From Octopus bimaculoides (taxonomy: Eukaryota): a stretch of 53,383 nt of DNA. The first letter of the stretch is position 1. The number at the start of each line of letters is the position of its first letter. The DNA is taken from contig NC_068996.1 of assembly GCF_001194135.2 (NCBI RefSeq), positions 40,186,784 to 40,240,166 of the forward strand. Direction: 5' to 3'. Both the position numbers and the translations under genes were made by a program. Below the pieces are notes generated by a model. It had not been told where the DNA came from, searched no databases, and saw nothing but the letters and a program-made list of their open reading frames with translations. Below, piece by piece: positions 48,165-53,383 of this stretch.

Positions 48165-48645
48165 CAGTGGTTCTCAACTAGGGTCCGTATGACCCTTGTG
48201 GGGGAACCATGCAAGATTTTCTTGAAGAATTTATCTAATTTAAACCAGTTATACACAATACACAAAATATTTTAACAGTTCTTTTAATACAATTCCTAAT
48301 AATATTTAATTATTAAAAATATATGATTTTTTAACCGTTTAGTATTTAAACTGTCCATATCCTGCCAAAATATTCCACCAGTTTTATTTTTAAACCAACC
48401 AGATTCTACCTTTCACATTGACCCTTTAATGCCACTATTATAGAAATAAACAATCACATCATCAAAATCTCAAAGCTATAAGATAATGCAGGATTAATTC
48501 AAAACAATGTGTATAAACAAGCATCACATTCGACAGAATAATCTGGATGCTAAAGGGATATCCATCGAATGGCTATGAGGGTCCACCTGTATAAAATAGA
48601 AATCAAAGAGGTCCATAGGTAAAAAAAAGGATTGCTGACCCCTAC
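48165..48645. mobile_element. hAT-type MITE (as 12604-13074) interrupted by a P1 MITE (about 48343-48558, -)
   Basis: CAGTGGTTCTCAAC left end and a degenerate right end ggattgctgacccct. Confidence 0.55.
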
Positions 48646-48764
48646 TGTATGTGGCCACTCAGCTTGCAAAAAAATTGAAGCCAGGTTTGTTTCAAATACT
48701 ACCCTACTATTTTAAAAACCATGAAATAGACAGAGTGAGGAAAGATTAAAAAAAGACAGGTATC

Positions 48765-49080
48765 ATCATCATCATCATCATCATTTAACGTCCGTTTTCC
48801 ATGTTAGCATGGGTTGGATGATTTCACTGGGGACTGGCATACCAGATGGCTACACCAGACTCCAATCTGATCTGGCAGGGTTTCTACAACTGGATGCCCT
48901 TCTTAATGCCAACCACTCCGAGAGTGTAGTGGGTGCTTTTTACGTGCCACCAGCATGAGGGCTAGTCAGGCGGTACTGGCAACGGCCATGCTCAAATGGT
49001 GTTTTTTACACGCCACCTGCACAGGAGTCAGTCCAATGTTTTGTTCACATGCCACCGGCACAAGTGCCAGTAAGGCGAAG
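48765..49080 (-). mobile_element. RTE 3' UTR fragment with (TGA)n tail
   Basis: Reverse complement of the shared RTE 3' UTR. Confidence 0.75.
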
Positions 49081-49285
49081 CTGGAAATGATCGTATGGCA
49101 GTGTAATTAAAAAAGTTCCATTCAGAATCACATGGCTTCTGACTTAATTGTACCATGTGATACTCCTGTTTCTCTGCCTCTGTCACATTTTAACATCTCA
49201 TCACTCCACATAAGCCATCTTCCTCTATACTACACTTACCTCGGTTGAGTGATCTTATTGTATGAGTCACTTAGTTACTTAACTA

Positions 49286-49535
49286 GTGAAGGCACGTAGC
49301 TTAGTGGTTAGGGTATTTGGCTCATGGTCATATGGTCATGAGTTCAATTCCTGGTGACGCATTGTGTCCTTGAGCAAGACACTTTATTTCACATTGCTGC
49401 AGTTCGCTCAGCTGGCAAAAACGAGTTGTACCTATATTTCAAAGGGCCAGTCTTGTCACACTATGTGTCATGCTGAATCTCCCTGAGAACTATGTTAAAG
49501 GGTACACATATCTGTGGAATACTCGGCCACTTGCA
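49286..49535 (+). mobile_element. CORE-like SINE family B, tail B
   Basis: Colinear with 22830-23060. Confidence 0.75.
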
Positions 49536-50861
49536 TAAAGTCATTGGTGCTGTTGCAACATAGAAAGCAAAGCAGTACACTCTGTAAAGTGGTTGGCATT
49601 GGGAAGGACATCCAGTCATTGGAACCGTGCCAAAGACATTGGAGCACAGTGCAGTCCTTAAACCTGTCGGTTCCTGTCAAACCATCCAACCCATATCAAC
49701 ATGGAAAATGGGTGTTAATACCTTTTAACATTCAAACTGGCCATATCCAGCCAAAATAAATATTCTACTTGTTTTATGTTTGAAGTAGCCAGACCTGGCA
49801 TCTCACACCTATCTTACAATGTCATTCTGAAATAAACAATCAATCATCAAAATCTTGAAGCTATGAGATGATGCATGATTAATTCAAAACAGTGTGAATA
49901 AATAGGTTTTACATTTGATAGAATAATCTGATTGCTAAAGGATGAAAGAACAATGATGATGATGATGATGATGACTGCTTAGGCAGTAGTGATATTGTTA
50001 TGTGTTCCCCTTAATCCTTTTGATACTGACCTTGCCTGAGACAGCCTCTGGTTCTATGATACAGGTTTCTTGTTTTACAGTGATCCAAATTAAGATTGTT
50101 CTTCAAAACATCACGTTAATTTAGGTTCTACAACCCACCTTAATAATGAGAAAGTTATTTCACTAAATATATCATTATTTTTTAAAAATCAACTGGAAAA
50201 GACGGCAGAATTATAATAACAAAAATGGTCTAGCAGTTCCTTGTTCAAGTTGGTGAAGGTGTGGAATAAAATACCTTACTTGAAAACAAATATGAATTAG
50301 CATCAGTAATGGCACCGGCCATATCATACTTTCTTATTGTCCAACCCGCGCAAGAATGAAAAAAGCAGACATAACAACATTGGTTATATTGGTGGTAGTG
50401 GTTGCAGTTTGAATGCTATGATATTTTTTTCTTCACACCAGAATGTAGATTTAGTGAATTTGGGGTAGATCCTCCAGTTCCTTTGTATGATGGTACTAAC
50501 TATAATTTCTTCATGTGTATGCCTTCTCTGAGTGATTAAACTTCAATGATTTAGTTTTCTTTAGATAGTCTAGGTTTTCATGCTTTATTAGGCACAATAT
50601 TTTAGATCTACTTAGAGATTCTCATATCAATATTTCAGTAAGTAAAGTTACACTGGAAAGATTTGATAGGACCAAAACATGTCTAGAGTTGTCTCCCATA
50701 TATGCTGAAATTATTTAAAATAATATAAGTGAAAGTCTTTTCGTCACCATACAAATATATCTAATTAAAATTCATTGTTGTTTACATTTGTTGTTAAAGG
50801 ACATGCATATGTGGACCACACACAGGTTAGACTGGAATGTAAAATTGTTTCAAATCTTTAA

Positions 50862-51249
50862 GGAGTGGCTGTGTGGTAAGTAGCTTGCTCACCAACCACA
50901 TGGTTCCAGGTTCAGTCCCACTGCTTGGCACCTTGGGCAAGTGTCTTCTACTATAGCTTCGGGCCGACCAAAGCCTTGTGAGTGGATTTGGTAGACGGAA
51001 ACTGAAAGAAGCCCGTCGTATATATGTTTGTGTATATGTTTGTGTGTCTATGTTTGTCCTCCCAGCATCGCTTGACAACCGATGGTGGTGTGTATATGTC
51101 CCTGTAACTTAGCTGTTTGGCAAAAGAGACCGATAGAATAAGTACAAGGCTTCCAAAGAATAAGTCCTGGGGTCGATTTGCTTGACTAAAGGCAGTGCTC
51201 CAGCATGGCCGCAGTCAAATGATTGAAACAAGTAAAAGAGTAAAGAGTA
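50862..51249 (+). mobile_element. SINE family A, near full length
   Basis: Colinear with 3551-3969. Confidence 0.85.
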
Positions 51250-52063
51250 ACCATGGATGTGAACTTCGTCTGTAGGAAGCCTGCATTTGGCTCAATATCA
51301 ATATCAACCCAACCACTGGAATATGCTTCTATGGAACAAACTTTCTTTATAAAGTTTAAATGCGCAAGTGTCTGATATCNNNNNNNNNNNNNNNNNNNNN
51401 NNNNNNNNNNNNNNNNNNNNNNNNNNNNNNNNNNNNNNNNNNNNNNNNNNNNNNNNNNNNNNNNNNNNNNNNNNNNNNNNNNNNNNNNNNNNNNNNNNNN
51501 NNNNNNNNNNNNNNNNNNNNNNNNNNNNNNNNNNNNNNNNNNNNNNNNNNNNNNNNNNNNNNNNNNNNNNNNNNNNNNNNNNNNNNNNNNNNNNNNNNNN
51601 NNNNNNNNNNNNNNNNNNNNNNNNNNNNNNNNNNNNNNNNNNNNNNNNNNNNNNNNNNNNNNNNNNNNNNNNNNNNNNNNNNNNNNNNNNNNNNNNNNNN
51701 NNNNNNNNNNNNNNNNNNNNNNNNNNNNNNNNNNNNNNNNNNNNNNNNNNNNNNNNNNNNNNNNNNNNNNNNNNNNNNNNNNNNNNNNNNNNNNNNNNNN
51801 NNNNNNNNNNNNNNNNNNNNNNNNNNNNNNNNNNNNNNNNNNNNNNNNNNNNNNNNNNNNNNNNNNNNNNNNNNNNNNNNNNNNNNNNNNNNNNNNNNNN
51901 NNNNNNNNNNNNNNNNNNNNNNNNNNNNNNNNNNNNNNNNNNNNNNNNNNNNNNNNNNNNNNNNNNNNNNNNNNNNNNNNNNNNNNNNNNNNNNNNNNNN
52001 NNNNNNNNNNNNNNNNNNNNNNNNNNNNNNNNNNNNNNNNNNNNNNNNNNNNNNNNNNNNNNN

Positions 52064-52563
52064 ATATATATATATATACATATATATGACAGGCTTCTTT
52101 CAGTTTCCGTCTACCAAATCCACTCACAAAGCTTTGGTTGGCCCGAGGCTACAGTAGAAGACACTTGGCTGTGTGGTAAGTAGCTTGCTTACAAACCACA
52201 TGGTTCCGGGTTCAGTCCCACTGCGTGGCACCTTGGGCAAGTGTCTTCTGCTGTAGCCTCGGAGGTGACCAAGGCCTTGTGAGTGGATTTGGTAGATGGA
52301 AACTGAAAGAAGCCCGTCGTATATATGTATATATATATATATGTATAAGTATGTGTGTGTATATGTTTGTCCCCCCAACATTGCTTAACAACCGATGCTA
52401 GTGTGTTTACGTCCCCATAACTTAACGGTTTGGCTAAAGAGACCGATAGAATAAGTACTAGGCTGACAAAGAATAAGTCCTGGGGTCGATTTGCTCGACT
52501 AAAGGCAGTGCACCAGCATGGCCACAGTCAAATGACTGAAACAAGTAAAAGAGTAAAAAAGAG
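52064..52563. mobile_element. Inverted pair of family A SINE segments (partial - copy 52064-52166 followed by a + copy 52167-52563)
   Basis: ...gtagaagacactt | ggctgtgtggtaag...aagtgtcttctgctgtagcc forms an inverted repeat. Confidence 0.75.
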
Positions 52564-53133
52564 TAATATAAAAATAATATATATGGGTGCAAGAATGTCT
52601 GTGTGGTAAGAAGTTTTCTTCCTAATCACATGATCTTGGGTTCAGTCTCATTGTGTGGCACCTTGAGAAAATGCCTTCTACTATTGTCCTGGGTCAACCA
52701 AAGTCTTCTAAGTGGATTTGGTTGAAGGAAACTGAAAGAAGCCTGTTGGGTATGTGTGTGTATTTGTCATCCTTTGACAATAGGTGTCGGTTTGTTTATG
52801 TCCCCTTAACATAGCAGTTTGGCAATAAATGCTGATACAATAAGTACCAAGCTTAGGAAAAAAAATATTTACTCAGGTTGATTTGTTTGACTAAAACCCT
52901 TGTAAAATGGTGCCCCAGCATGGCCGCAGCCGAATATCTGCATAAAGCAAAAAAAAAAAAATTCCAGAAGATATTCACAATAGAATAGAAAAACGAGAGA
53001 GTATTAAAAATGGATTACCAAATATAATTCTAACGAAATATATATAAAAAGAACAAATTATATATCATTGGAATGTTAAAGGGTCATCTGAATCACTCTG
53101 TACATGTGTACATATATATACACATACATTTGT

Positions 53134-53166
<33 letters not shown>

Positions 53167-53383
53167 CGCATACATTTATACACATGTTGATATTATTTAT
53201 GAATGCATTTTAATTCTTAGAAATTGTTGTATATCGTGCCAATTCAACAGTCATCTGAAATACCATTGCAGCACACACCAACTATTCATTTTCTCTCTCT
53301 CTCTCTCTCTCTCATTTGCCATTTGCAATAATCGCACCACCACCACCACCACCACCACCACCTATCAGACCACTGCAGTTTTT

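Noticed and set aside
50442-50540. Good acceptor (cttcacaccag) followed by NVDLVNLG* or CRFSEFGVDPPVPLYD
   Set aside because: Only superficial similarity to the LeuRS C-terminus, with an early stop in the required phase.
51276-51360. Candidate exon EACIWLNININPTTGICF..., and an open frame on the - strand next to the gap
   Set aside because: Similarity to LVNPQ..G.F is too weak, and the sequence is truncated by the gap.
3584-52381. Many 60-145 aa ORFs in the supplied track (e.g. ...GLLSVSVYQIHSQGFG..., HTHTHT, IIIII and YIYIY runs)
   Set aside because: They are translations of SINE copies, microsatellites or N gaps. They recur at every SINE copy and have no splice or homology support.

Overview
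AT-rich, microsatellite- and SINE-dense animal genomic DNA with assembly gaps. The repeat families point to an octopus or other coleoid cephalopod, which is an inference. The only host gene I can support is cytoplasmic leucyl-tRNA synthetase (LARS1) on the + strand. Twelve GT-AG exons between 2286 and 32013 splice in frame (1436 nt, about 479 aa) and run from the post-CP1 catalytic region through KMSKS and the anticodon-binding domain to '...TCCPGKPIISLYTR'. The N-terminal exons lie upstream of the window, and I found no exon for the last ~110 aa, stop codon included, in the remaining 21 kb. Introns and the downstream region are filled with tRNA-derived SINEs (CORE-like and Nin/Deu-like), RTE and Tx1-like LINE remnants, piggyBac-, hAT- and Tc1-type MITEs, and mariner, Merlin and Gypsy fossils. 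There is also a 5S rRNA pseudogene, two degenerate Penelope-type hammerhead motifs and long fold-back repeats. The most interesting signal is an apparent SINE/LINE partner pair: a Nin-domain SINE whose 3' tail matches the 3' UTR of a Tx1-like LINE, with both building head-to-tail chains on (ATT)n microsatellites. Alignments were done by eye and repeat boundaries are approximate.
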